The notes under the pieces: generated by a model
What the model was told of the DNA's origin: nothing
What the model saw: only the letters and a program-made list of their open reading frames with translations
Database searches by the model: none
NCBI GenBank assembly: GCA_965278965.1
Contig: OZ257127.1
Span: 2,221,368-2,285,367 of the forward strand
DNA: 64,000 nt
Direction of reading: 5' to 3'
From: Actinomycetes bacterium
Lineage (GTDB): Bacteria; Actinomycetota; Actinomycetes; S36-B12
Translations under genes and position numbers: made by a program
In this document: piece after piece, positions 13,135 to 23,773 of the stretch
Numbering within the stretch: position 1 is the first letter of the stretch
Layout: each line of letters opens with the position of its first letter

Positions 13135-13184
13135 GGTTTCGGACGGTTCCGCGGCCCAGGACCGTCCGAAACGACAAGATCGGC
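13124..13184. repeat. 61-nt imperfect palindrome overlapping the GNAT stop
   Basis: Arms gccgaccgtgaggtttcggacggt (13124-13147) and accgtccgaaacgacaagatcggc (13161-13184) are 20/24 complementary. Confidence 0.7.
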
Positions 13185-13287
13185 GAAGGACCGCCGCCCG
13201 AATCATCCTGAACATTCGACAGCCCCTACCCTGCGAGCAGCGGGCACGGTACGGGTCCGCGGGTCGTCCGTCCGAGGAGCCATGCAT

Positions 13288-14634
13288 ATGTCGATCACCC
13301 CCGATCCCGCTGAGGGCCAGCGCATCCACGCGCTCGACCGCGCACACGTCTTCCACTCCTGGAGTGCGCAGGGTGCGTTGAACCCGTTGGACATCGCCGG
13401 CGCCGAGGGCTGCTACGTCTGGGACTACGACGGCAACCGCTACCTGGATCTGTCCTCGCAGCTGGTCAACGTGAACATCGGCCACCAGCACCCCAAGGTC
13501 ATCAAGGCGATCCAGGACCAGGCGGCGACGCTCGCCACAGTGGCCCCGCAGCACGCCAACGCCGCGCGCGGCGAGGCGGCTCGACGGATCACCGACCTCG
13601 CCCCCGACGGCTTCCACAAGGTGTTCTTCACCAACGGCGGCGCCGATGCGAACGAGAACGCCGTCCGCATGGCGCGCATCCACACCGGCCGCGACAAGGT
13701 GCTGTCCTTCTACCGGTCGTACCACGGCAACACCGGCACCGCGATCCAGGCGACCGGTGACCCGCGTCGCTGGCCGAATGAGTACGCCAGCGACGTCGTC
13801 CACTTCTTCGGCCCGTACCTGTACCGCACGGCCTTCTGGGCGACGACTCCCGAGGAGGAGTGCGAGCGCGCCTTGGCGCACCTCGAGCAGGTCATCATCT
13901 TCGAAGGCCCGGCGACGATCGCGGCCATCCTGATCGAGACCGTCGTCGGCACCGCCGGCGTCCTCGTCCCGCCGCCCGGCTACCTCCCCGGCGTCCGCGC
14001 CCTCTGCGACCGCTACGGAATCCAGCTGATCCTCGACGAGGTCATGGCCGGCTTCGGCCGAACGGGCACCTGGTTCGCGTTCGACAACTTCGACGTCGTG
14101 CCGGACCTCATCACGTTCGCGAAGGGCTCGAACTCCGGCTACGTCCCGGTCGGCGGCGTCGTCATCTCGGACCCCATCGCGGCGACCTTCGACGAGCGCG
14201 TGTTCCCCGGCGGTCTCACCTACTCCGGGCACCCCCTCGCGACGGCGTCGATCGTCGGCTCGATCGACGCCATGGCCGAGGAGGGGATCGTCGAGAACGC
14301 GCGCCGGATCGGCGAGGACGTCCTCGGCCCCGGCCTGGCCGAGCTCGCCGAGCGGCATCCGGTCATCGGCGAGACCCGCGGCTTGGGCGTGTTCTGGGCG
14401 CTCGACCTGGTCACCGACCGGGCGACGCGCGAGCCGCTCGCCCCGTACGGCGGCACGTCGCCGGCGATGACGCAGCTCGCCGCCGAGATCAAGAAGCGCG
14501 GGGCGCTGCCGTTCACCAACTACAACCGTCTCCACGTCGTCCCCCCGTGCACGATCACGGACGCCGAGGCGGCGGAGGGCCTGGCGATCCTCGACGAGGC
14601 CCTCGGCGCGATCGGCGGTTTCTACACCGGCTGA
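13288..14634 (+). CDS. Class III PLP aminotransferase (omega-amine/GABA type)
   Basis: YLDLSSQLVNVNIGH, FFTNGGADANE, RSYHG, LILDEVMAGFGRTG, TFAKG. GAGGAG RBS upstream. Confidence 0.9.
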   Translation: MSITPDPAEGQRIHALDRAHVFHSWSAQGALNPLDIAGAEGCYVWDYDGNRYLDLSSQLVNVNIGHQHPKVIKAIQDQAATLATVAPQHANAARGEAARRITDLAPDGFHKVFFTNGGADANENAVRMARIHTGRDKVLSFYRSYHGNTGTAIQATGDPRRWPNEYASDVVHFFGPYLYRTAFWATTPEEECERALAHLEQVIIFEGPATIAAILIETVVGTAGVLVPPPGYLPGVRALCDRYGIQLILDEVMAGFGRTGTWFAFDNFDVVPDLITFAKGSNSGYVPVGGVVISDPIAATFDERVFPGGLTYSGHPLATASIVGSIDAMAEEGIVENARRIGEDVLGPGLAELAERHPVIGETRGLGVFWALDLVTDRATREPLAPYGGTSPAMTQLAAEIKKRGALPFTNYNRLHVVPPCTITDAEAAEGLAILDEALGAIGGFYTG

Positions 14635-14639
14635 CGAGC

Positions 14640-14668
14640 CGCGCTGAGAGCGCAAGCGCGCTCAGCGG
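14640..14668 (+). terminator. Hairpin after class III aminotransferase
   Basis: cgctgagagcgc-aa-gcgcgctcagcg, 11/12 complementary. Confidence 0.4.
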
Positions 14669-14785
14669 CGGTGAGGAGGCCGGTGGCGAGCACGCGAGCA
14701 CACCGGCTCAGCAGCCAGCGGGCCGCTCGGTGCGCGCGCCGCGGCCGGGCGTCCGGCTCACGCCGGCCTCAATAGGCTTGGACCC

Positions 14786-16060
14786 GTGAAGGTCTTGGTG
14801 GTTGGCTCCGGCGCTCGTGAGCACGCCCTCATCGGCGGTCTGCTGGCCGACGACGACGTGACCGAGGTCGTCGCGGCCCCGGGCAACGCCGGGATCGCCC
14901 GCGACGTGCGTACGGTCGCCGTTGACGTCCTCGACGGCGGTGCCGTGGCGGACCTAGCCGTCGCCGAAGGCGCCGACCTCGTCGTCATCGGGCCGGAAGC
15001 GCCACTGGTCGCCGGTGTCGCCGACGCGGTGCGCGATCGCGGCATCGCATGCTTCGGCCCGAGTGCGGCGGCCGCGCGGCTCGAGGGCAGCAAGGCGTTC
15101 GCCAAGCAGGTCATGGCGGAGGCCGGCGTGCCGACCGCCCTCGCGCATGTGTGCACGACGGTCGACGAGGTCGAGCACGCCCTGGCGGAGCTCGGCCCTC
15201 CGTATGTCGTCAAGGACGACGGGCTGGCCGCCGGGAAGGGTGTCGTCGTCACCGACGACCTGGACGCGGCCGTCGCGCACGCGCGCGCCTGCCTGGCCCG
15301 CGGAGGGGATGCGCAGGTCGTCGTCGAGGAGTTCCTCGACGGGGCCGAGGTCTCGCTGTTCGCCATCACGGACGGCACGGTCGTCCTGCCGCTCCAGCCC
15401 GCGCAGGACTTCAAGCGCGCCGGCGATGGCGACGCCGGCCCGAACACCGGCGGGATGGGCGCGTACGCCCCGTTGCCTTGGGCGGCACCCGATCTCGTCG
15501 AGCAGGTCACGGCGCGCGTGCTGCGTCCGATGGTCGAGGCGATGCACCGGCGCGGGACGCCGTTCGCCGGGTTGCTGTACGCCGGGCTCGCGCTCACCTC
15601 TCGTGGCGTCCGCGTCGTCGAGTTCAACGCCCGCTTCGGCGATCCCGAGACGCAGGTCGTCCTCGCGAACCTGTGCACGCCGCTGGGCTCCCTGCTCCAG
15701 GCCGCCGCCACCGGAACCCTCGACCGCCTGCCGCCCCTGGCGTGGAGGCCGGGCTTCGCCGTGACCGTCGTCATCGCGGCGAGCGGCTACCCGGATGCGC
15801 CGCGGTCCGGCGACGTGGTCGACGGCCTCGAACGGGCCGGCGAGCTGGTCGACGTCGACGTCTTCCACGCCGGGACCACGCTTCGCGACGACGGGGCCCT
15901 CGCCACGTCGGGCGGCCGGGTGCTGTCCGTCACGGCGCGCGCCGACACGCTGGCTCAGGCGCGCGAGCGCGCCTATGAGGCGGTCGACCTCATCCACATC
16001 GAGGGCTCGCACCACCGGCGCGACATCGCGCTCGCGGCGGCCGCGGGGAGGCCGGCATGA
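14786..16060 (+). CDS. purD: Phosphoribosylamine-glycine ligase
   Basis: GSGAREHAL, GPEAPLVAG, LEGSKAFAK, KDDGLAAGKG, GPNTGGMG, EFNARFGDPE. Confidence 0.97.
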   Translation: MKVLVVGSGAREHALIGGLLADDDVTEVVAAPGNAGIARDVRTVAVDVLDGGAVADLAVAEGADLVVIGPEAPLVAGVADAVRDRGIACFGPSAAAARLEGSKAFAKQVMAEAGVPTALAHVCTTVDEVEHALAELGPPYVVKDDGLAAGKGVVVTDDLDAAVAHARACLARGGDAQVVVEEFLDGAEVSLFAITDGTVVLPLQPAQDFKRAGDGDAGPNTGGMGAYAPLPWAAPDLVEQVTARVLRPMVEAMHRRGTPFAGLLYAGLALTSRGVRVVEFNARFGDPETQVVLANLCTPLGSLLQAAATGTLDRLPPLAWRPGFAVTVVIAASGYPDAPRSGDVVDGLERAGELVDVDVFHAGTTLRDDGALATSGGRVLSVTARADTLAQARERAYEAVDLIHIEGSHHRRDIALAAAAGRPA

Positions 16061-17490
16061 GCGCGGACGTCGCGATCCCGAACGTGCTTGCGGCGCGGTA
16101 CGCCTCGTCGTCGATGACGGCGATCTGGTCCCCCGAGGCGAAGATCGTCGCCGAGCGGCGCCTGTGGCTGGCCGTCGCATCCGCCCAGGTCGCGCTCGGC
16201 CTCGACATCCCCGAGCAGGCGCTCGCGGACTACCGCCGCGTCCTCGAGGACGTCGACCTCGGCTCGATCGCCGAGCGCGAGCGGGTGACCAAGCACGACG
16301 TCAAGGCACGGATCGAGGAGTTCAACGCCCTCGCCGGGCATGAGCACGTGCACGTGGGCATGACATCCCGCGACCTCACCGAGAACGTCGAGCAGCTGCA
16401 GATCCGCGACGCGATGCGACTCGTGCGCGATCGCTGCGTGGCGTCCCTCGACCGGCTGGCGGGCCTCGCGGTCACGTACACCGACACGGCGGTGACCGGG
16501 CGTTCGCACAACGTGCCCGCGCAGACGACGACCCTCGGCAAGAGGTTCGCGTCGGCGGCCGACGAGCTGCTGATCGCGCTGGGACGGCTTGAGGAGCTCA
16601 TCGACCGGTACCCGTTGCGCGGGATCAAGGGTCCGGTCGGGACGGCCCAGGACATGCTCGACCTGATGGGCGGCGACGAGACCCGACTGGGGCGTCTCGA
16701 GGCCGCCGTGGCCGAGCACCTCGGCTTCTCCCAGGTGCTCGACAGCGTCGGCCAGGTGTACCCCCGGTCGCTCGACCTCGACGTCGTGTCCGCCCTGGCC
16801 CAGGTGGCCGCCGGGCCGTCCAGCCTCGCGACGACCATCCGCCTGATGGCCGGCCTCGACCTCGTGACCGAGGGCTTCCGGCCCGGGCAGGTCGGCTCGT
16901 CGGCCATGCCGCACAAGATGAACTCCCGCTCCTGCGAGCGCGTGAACGGGTTCGCGGTCCTGCTGCGCGGCTACCTCACGATGGTCGCCGACCTCGCGGG
17001 GAACCAGTGGAACGAGGGCGACGTGTCTTGCTCGGTCGTGCGCCGCGTCGCGCTGCCCGACGCGTTCTTCGCGATCGACGGCCTGTTCGAGACCTTCCTC
17101 ACCGTCCTCGACGACTTCGGGGCCTTCCCCGCCGTCATCGACCGGGAGCTCGAGCGGTACCTGCCCTTCCTCGCCACGACCAAGGTTCTGATGGCCGCAG
17201 TGCGCGCCGGCGTGGGCCGCGAGACAGCGCACGAAGCCATCAAGGAGCACGCCGTCGCCGTGGCCCTGGCGATGCGCGAGGAGGTCGGCGCGGACAACGA
17301 CCTGCTCGAGCGGCTCGCTGCTGATCCGCGGCTCGGACTGTCGCTCGAGGACCTGCGGGCGCTGGTCGCCGAGCCACTGTCGTTCACCGGTGCCGCCGCC
17401 GGCCAGGTGCGTGCGGTCTGCGACCGCATCGCCGCGATCACCGCCGCGTACCCCGACGCCGCGGCCTACCGACCGGGAGACATCCTCTAG
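16057..17490 (+). CDS. purB: Adenylosuccinate lyase
   Basis: TKHDVKA, GMTSRD, GSSAMPHKMN signature. Confidence 0.96.
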   Translation: MSADVAIPNVLAARYASSSMTAIWSPEAKIVAERRLWLAVASAQVALGLDIPEQALADYRRVLEDVDLGSIAERERVTKHDVKARIEEFNALAGHEHVHVGMTSRDLTENVEQLQIRDAMRLVRDRCVASLDRLAGLAVTYTDTAVTGRSHNVPAQTTTLGKRFASAADELLIALGRLEELIDRYPLRGIKGPVGTAQDMLDLMGGDETRLGRLEAAVAEHLGFSQVLDSVGQVYPRSLDLDVVSALAQVAAGPSSLATTIRLMAGLDLVTEGFRPGQVGSSAMPHKMNSRSCERVNGFAVLLRGYLTMVADLAGNQWNEGDVSCSVVRRVALPDAFFAIDGLFETFLTVLDDFGAFPAVIDRELERYLPFLATTKVLMAAVRAGVGRETAHEAIKEHAVAVALAMREEVGADNDLLERLAADPRLGLSLEDLRALVAEPLSFTGAAAGQVRAVCDRIAAITAAYPDAAAYRPGDIL

Positions 17491-18392
17491 TGGACACCGC
17501 GATCAGCCCGTCGGACTACGGCCTGCCGCCGGAGTACGAGCACGTCTACTCCGGCAAGGTGCGCGACCTGTACCGGACGCCCGAAGGCAAGCTGTTGTTC
17601 GTCGCCAGCGACCGGATCTCCGCGTACGACTGGGTCCTGCCCACCCCGATCCCGGACAAGGGCCGCATCCTCACCAAGCTGTCGAGCTGGTGGTTCAAGC
17701 GGCTGCAGGGGGTCGTGCCGACCCATGTGGCCGGCGGGCGGATCCCGAAGGCGGTCGCCGGTCGGGCGATGCTGTGCGAGGAGCTGGAGATGCTGCCGGT
17801 CGAGTGCGTCGTGCGCGGCTATCTCGCCGGCTCCGCGCTCACGTCGTACCTCCAGACGCGCTCGATCTGCGGCCTCGGGCTGCCACCGGGTCTGAAGGAC
17901 GGCTCGCTGTTGCCCAAGCCGATCTTCACGCCGGCGACAAAGGCCGCCCTCGGCGACCACGACGAGAACGTCACGTTCGACGAGGTCGTCGTCGCAATCG
18001 GGCAGGAGGAGGCGCAGGAGCTCAAGCGCATGTCGCTCGACGTGTACATGCGCGCGGCCGAGATCGCCGCCGAGCGCGGGCTCATCCTCGCCGACACGAA
18101 GTTCGAGTTCGGCATTGCGCGAACCGGCAAGAACGCTGGCCTGGTCGTCCTCGCCGACGAGGTCCTCACGCCGGACTCATCGCGCTTCTGGTCCGCCGAC
18201 ACCTGGGCGCCGGGAGTACCGCAGCCGTCGTTTGACAAGCAGTTCGTCCGTGACTGGTTGACGTCCCCGGAGTCCGGCTGGGACCGCAGCTCCGGCGAGG
18301 CGCCGCCTGCGCTGCCCGACGACGTCGTCGAGGCGACCCGGGCGAAGTACGTGGAGGCCTACGAGCGGCTGACAGGCGAGACCTTCGGATGA
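17490..18392 (+). CDS. purC: SAICAR synthase
   Basis: YSGKVRDLY, SDRISAYD, PVECVVRGYL, FTPATK, ADTKFEFG, DEVLTPDSSRFW. Confidence 0.96.
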   Translation: MDTAISPSDYGLPPEYEHVYSGKVRDLYRTPEGKLLFVASDRISAYDWVLPTPIPDKGRILTKLSSWWFKRLQGVVPTHVAGGRIPKAVAGRAMLCEELEMLPVECVVRGYLAGSALTSYLQTRSICGLGLPPGLKDGSLLPKPIFTPATKAALGDHDENVTFDEVVVAIGQEEAQELKRMSLDVYMRAAEIAAERGLILADTKFEFGIARTGKNAGLVVLADEVLTPDSSRFWSADTWAPGVPQPSFDKQFVRDWLTSPESGWDRSSGEAPPALPDDVVEATRAKYVEAYERLTGETFG

Positions 18393-19357
18393 CCACCTGG
18401 CTGGTGGTGGGCGGGGCGGGCTACATCGGCTCGCACGTCACGCGCTCCCTGCTGGCCTCCGGCCGCCGGGTCGTCGTCCTCGACGACTTCTCCGCCGGGC
18501 TTGCCCGCCGGGTGCCGGACGGCGTGCCCGTCGTCGCGGCCGCCGCCCAGGACACCGAGGCGGTCCGGGCCGCGATCGAGGAGCACGACGTCACCGGGGT
18601 CGTCCATCTGGCGGCGAAGAAGGCCGCCGGGGAGTCGGTCGACCTGCCCGAGCTGTACTTCCGGGAGAACGTCGGCGGGCTCGTGTCGGTGCTCGAGGCC
18701 ATGCGGGCGACCGCCGTCACCAGGCTCGTCTACTCGTCGTCCGCCGCCGTGTACGGGACGCCGACGGCGAACCCCGTGGTCGAGGACTCCCCGCTCCACG
18801 CGGAGTCGCCGTACGGGGAGACCAAGGTCGTCGGCGAGTGGATGGCCCGTGATGCCGGTGTCGCCTGGGGGCTGTCGTGGGCGGCGCTGCGCTACTTCAA
18901 CGTCGCCGGTTCGGGCGCCGACGTGCTCGGGGACAACAGCGTCGCCAACCTCATCCCGATGGTCTTCCGCGCCCTGGACCGTGGTGAACAGCCGCGGATC
19001 TTCGGCGACGACTACCCGACGCCGGACGGCACGTGCGTACGCGACTACATCCACGTGACCGACCTCGCCGAGGCGCACGTCGCCGCTGCGGCCCACTGCG
19101 AGCAGGGCGCCCGGGCCGATGCCTTCAACGTCGGCCGCGGGCTGGGGTCGAGCGTGCGCGAGGTCATGGACGAGGTCAGCGCCGTCGTGGGACGCGACAT
19201 CGACCCGCTGGTGGTCGGCCGTCGGGCCGGCGACCCGCCGGCGACCTTCGCCGCCACGGACAAGATCGCCGACGTCCTGGGCTGGCGGGCCTCGCTGGAC
19301 CTGCGCGCAATGGTCGCGTCGGCCTGGAGCGCCTGGCAGGCCCACCCCGGCGCCTAG
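18389..19357 (+). CDS. galE: UDP-glucose 4-epimerase
   Basis: GGAGYIGSH, HLAAKKAAGES, YSSSAAVYG, SPYGETK, LRYFNVAG, GTCVRDYIHV. Confidence 0.9.
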   Translation: MTTWLVVGGAGYIGSHVTRSLLASGRRVVVLDDFSAGLARRVPDGVPVVAAAAQDTEAVRAAIEEHDVTGVVHLAAKKAAGESVDLPELYFRENVGGLVSVLEAMRATAVTRLVYSSSAAVYGTPTANPVVEDSPLHAESPYGETKVVGEWMARDAGVAWGLSWAALRYFNVAGSGADVLGDNSVANLIPMVFRALDRGEQPRIFGDDYPTPDGTCVRDYIHVTDLAEAHVAAAAHCEQGARADAFNVGRGLGSSVREVMDEVSAVVGRDIDPLVVGRRAGDPPATFAATDKIADVLGWRASLDLRAMVASAWSAWQAHPGA

Positions 19358-19360
19358 CCA

Positions 19361-19400
19361 CCCCCACTCCCCCCACTCCCCCGCGCCCCCCGCCACCCCC
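19361..19400 (-). other. Potential G-quadruplex (five G-runs of 5-6 nt on the minus strand)
   Basis: C-runs at 19361-65, 19369-74, 19378-82, 19386-91 and 19396-400 in the galE-purS intergenic region. Confidence 0.45.
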
Positions 19401-19404
19401 GAAC

Positions 19405-19470
19405 GTCCCGCTTTCCGGGACGTGCGGCACGACACGCCCGGGATCGTGCGCGTGTCGTGCCGGACGTCCC
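19405..19470. repeat. Palindromic element: short hairpin plus 21-bp stem
   Basis: gtcccg-ctttc-cgggac (19405-19421); arms 19417-19437 and 19450-19470 are 20/21 complementary. Confidence 0.75.
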
Positions 19471-19551
19471 ACCGGCGGCGTCCATCGGGCGGGTCGGCGG
19501 CGTCCGGCTGCAAGATAAGGTTGGCGCGCAGGAGCCCCTCGAATCGCTGGA

Positions 19552-19809
19552 GTGCCCGTGGCCCGCGTCGTCGTCGACGTCATGCTCAAGCCCGAGATCC
19601 TCGACCCACAAGGTCGCGCCGTGCAGGGGGCCCTGGGCCGCCTGGGCCTCGACGGGGTGACGAACGTCCGCCAGGGCAAGCAGTTCGTCATTGACATCGA
19701 CGGCGACCTTGATGCCGACCGGCTCGCTCTCCTGGAGCGACTTTCCGGCGAGCTGCTGAGCAACCCCGTCATCGAGGACTTCGTGCTGACCGTGGACGCG
19801 GACGCCTGA
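19552..19809 (+). CDS. purS: FGAM synthase subunit PurS
   Basis: [26 protein letters not shown]. Confidence 0.95.
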   Translation: MPVARVVVDVMLKPEILDPQGRAVQGALGRLGLDGVTNVRQGKQFVIDIDGDLDADRLALLERLSGELLSNPVIEDFVLTVDADA

Positions 19810-20476
19810 TGCGGGTCGGCGTCGTCACGTTCCCCGGCTCCCTCGACGACCGGGACGCCGCACGCGCGGTGCGCGCAGCGGGCGCCGAGGCCGTCGCTCT
19901 GTGGCACGGCGATGCCGACCTGCACGCGGTCGACGCCGTCGTCCTGCCGGGCGGGTTCTCCTACGGCGACTACCTGCGGTGCGGGGCGATCGCCCGCTTC
20001 GCCCCCGTGATGGAGCCGCTTGTCGCCGCAGCGCGCGGCGGGCTGCCGGTCCTGGGGATCTGCAACGGGTTCCAGGTCCTGTGCGAGTCGCACCTGCTCC
20101 CTGGCGCCCTGACGCGCAACGGCAGCCGCCACTTCGTCTGCCGCGACCAGACGTTGCGCATCGAGGACGCCACCTCGGCGTGGACGCGTGACTACACGAT
20201 CGGCCAGGAGATCGTCATCCCGATCAAGAACGGCGAGGGCAACTTCGTCGCCGACGAGGCCACGCTTGACGCTCTCGAGGCCGAGGGCCGGGTCGTCGCA
20301 CGGTACGTCGACGTGAACCCGAACGGCAGCCGACGCGACATCGCCGGCATCCGCAACGAGCGCGGCAATGTGGTCGGCCTGATGCCGCACCCCGAGCACG
20401 CGATCGACGAGCTGACCGGACCGAGCGACGACGGCCTGGCGTTCTTCACCTCGGTCCTCGCGGCGGTGGTCGCGGC

Positions 20477-20480
<4 letters not shown>
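19809..20480 (+). CDS. purQ: FGAM synthase glutaminase subunit PurQ
   Basis: [25 protein letters not shown]. Confidence 0.97.
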
Positions 20481-22816
<2,336 letters not shown>

Positions 22817-22821
22817 CCGTC

Positions 22822-23112
22822 GTGGTCGCCGACCCGGACCTGCGGGCACGGGTCAAGGCGTCCCTCGCCGTGCTCCAGGAGGTCGCCCCCGGCCACGCCG
22901 TGGAGGTGCGGGTGCCGCCGTACGCGGCGGTGCAGGTGGTCGAGGGGCATCGCCACCGGCGAGGCACTCCGTCGGCCGTCGTCGAGACCGACGCACAGAC
23001 GTGGCTGGCACTCGCCGACGGTGAGCTGACGTGGGACGAGGCGCTCTCATCGGGACGTCTGCACGCCAGCGGCGAGCGCTCCGACCTCAGCGCGTTCCTG
23101 CCCCTGCCCTGA
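22822..23112 (+). CDS. Sterol carrier (SCP2-like) family protein
   Basis: PGHAVEVRVPPYAAVQ, HRRGTP, VVETDAQTWLALADG, ASGERSDL. Start moved to GTG 22822. Confidence 0.75.
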   Translation: MVADPDLRARVKASLAVLQEVAPGHAVEVRVPPYAAVQVVEGHRHRRGTPSAVVETDAQTWLALADGELTWDEALSSGRLHASGERSDLSAFLPLP

Positions 23113-23123
23113 CGCCTACTTCT

Positions 23124-23187
23124 TCGCGAACGGGGAGCTGTCGGGCAGTTCCACGGCGGTATCTCCCCGACAACTCACCGTTCGCGG
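23124..23187. repeat. Imperfect palindrome, REP-like family B, copy 1
   Basis: Arms tcgcgaacggggagctgtcggg (23124-23145) and cccgacaactcaccgttcgcgg (23166-23187) are 19/22 complementary. Lies between convergent genes and overlaps the mobA stop. Confidence 0.75.
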
Positions 23188-23744
23188 AGGTCGTGGAGGC
23201 GCTGGAGGTCCTCGGCCGTGTCGATGTCGGCCAACTCGGCATCCGGCACCGGGACCTCCCGCACCCGCAGGCGGTCCATGAGGTCACGCATCGACCGGCC
23301 GAACGGGTCGCCGAGCCGCGCGAGGGCGTCGCGAGCCGCGGCTGCGCGGTACGCGGCGCACAGCGGCTGCCGGTAGCCGCCGGCGTCCACCGGGACCACG
23401 GCGTCGATGCCGCCGTCGACGGCCAGCACTTCGACGAGGTCGGCCGCGAGTGAAGGGGCCCGCGGCACGTCGACGGCCAGGAGGACGACCAACGGCGTGA
23501 CCGCGTGGGACAGACCGGCAGCGAAGGCGGACACCGGGCCGCCGAACGGGACCTGTTCCGTGATGGCGTCGACCGTTCGCCGCGTCGGCCGGGCCGGGCC
23601 GACGAGTAGGACGGGGAGGTCGACCGGCAAGCCGTCGAGCACGAGGTCGACGAGCCGCTCGCCGCCGAGCGTCAGCTCCGCCTTGTCGGCGCCGGCGAGC
23701 CGTCGGGCCCGGCCGCCAGCCAGCACGATCGCCGTCCACTCCAT
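23175..23744 (-). CDS. mobA: Molybdenum cofactor guanylyltransferase
   Basis: VLAGGRARRLAGADKA, GGPVSA, LAVDVP, QPLCAAY, DIDTAEDL. Confidence 0.85.
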   Translation of the reverse strand: MEWTAIVLAGGRARRLAGADKAELTLGGERLVDLVLDGLPVDLPVLLVGPARPTRRTVDAITEQVPFGGPVSAFAAGLSHAVTPLVVLLAVDVPRAPSLAADLVEVLAVDGGIDAVVPVDAGGYRQPLCAAYRAAAARDALARLGDPFGRSMRDLMDRLRVREVPVPDAELADIDTAEDLQRLHDLRER

Positions 23745-23773
23745 GCCCGCAGCATGCCCGGCATACTCGCCCT

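Noticed and set aside
14635-14785. ZMP/ZTP or purine riboswitch upstream of purD (also checked before purS and purF)
   Set aside because: No recognisable consensus. The -10 boxes directly before purD and purF imply leaderless mRNAs with no room for an aptamer.
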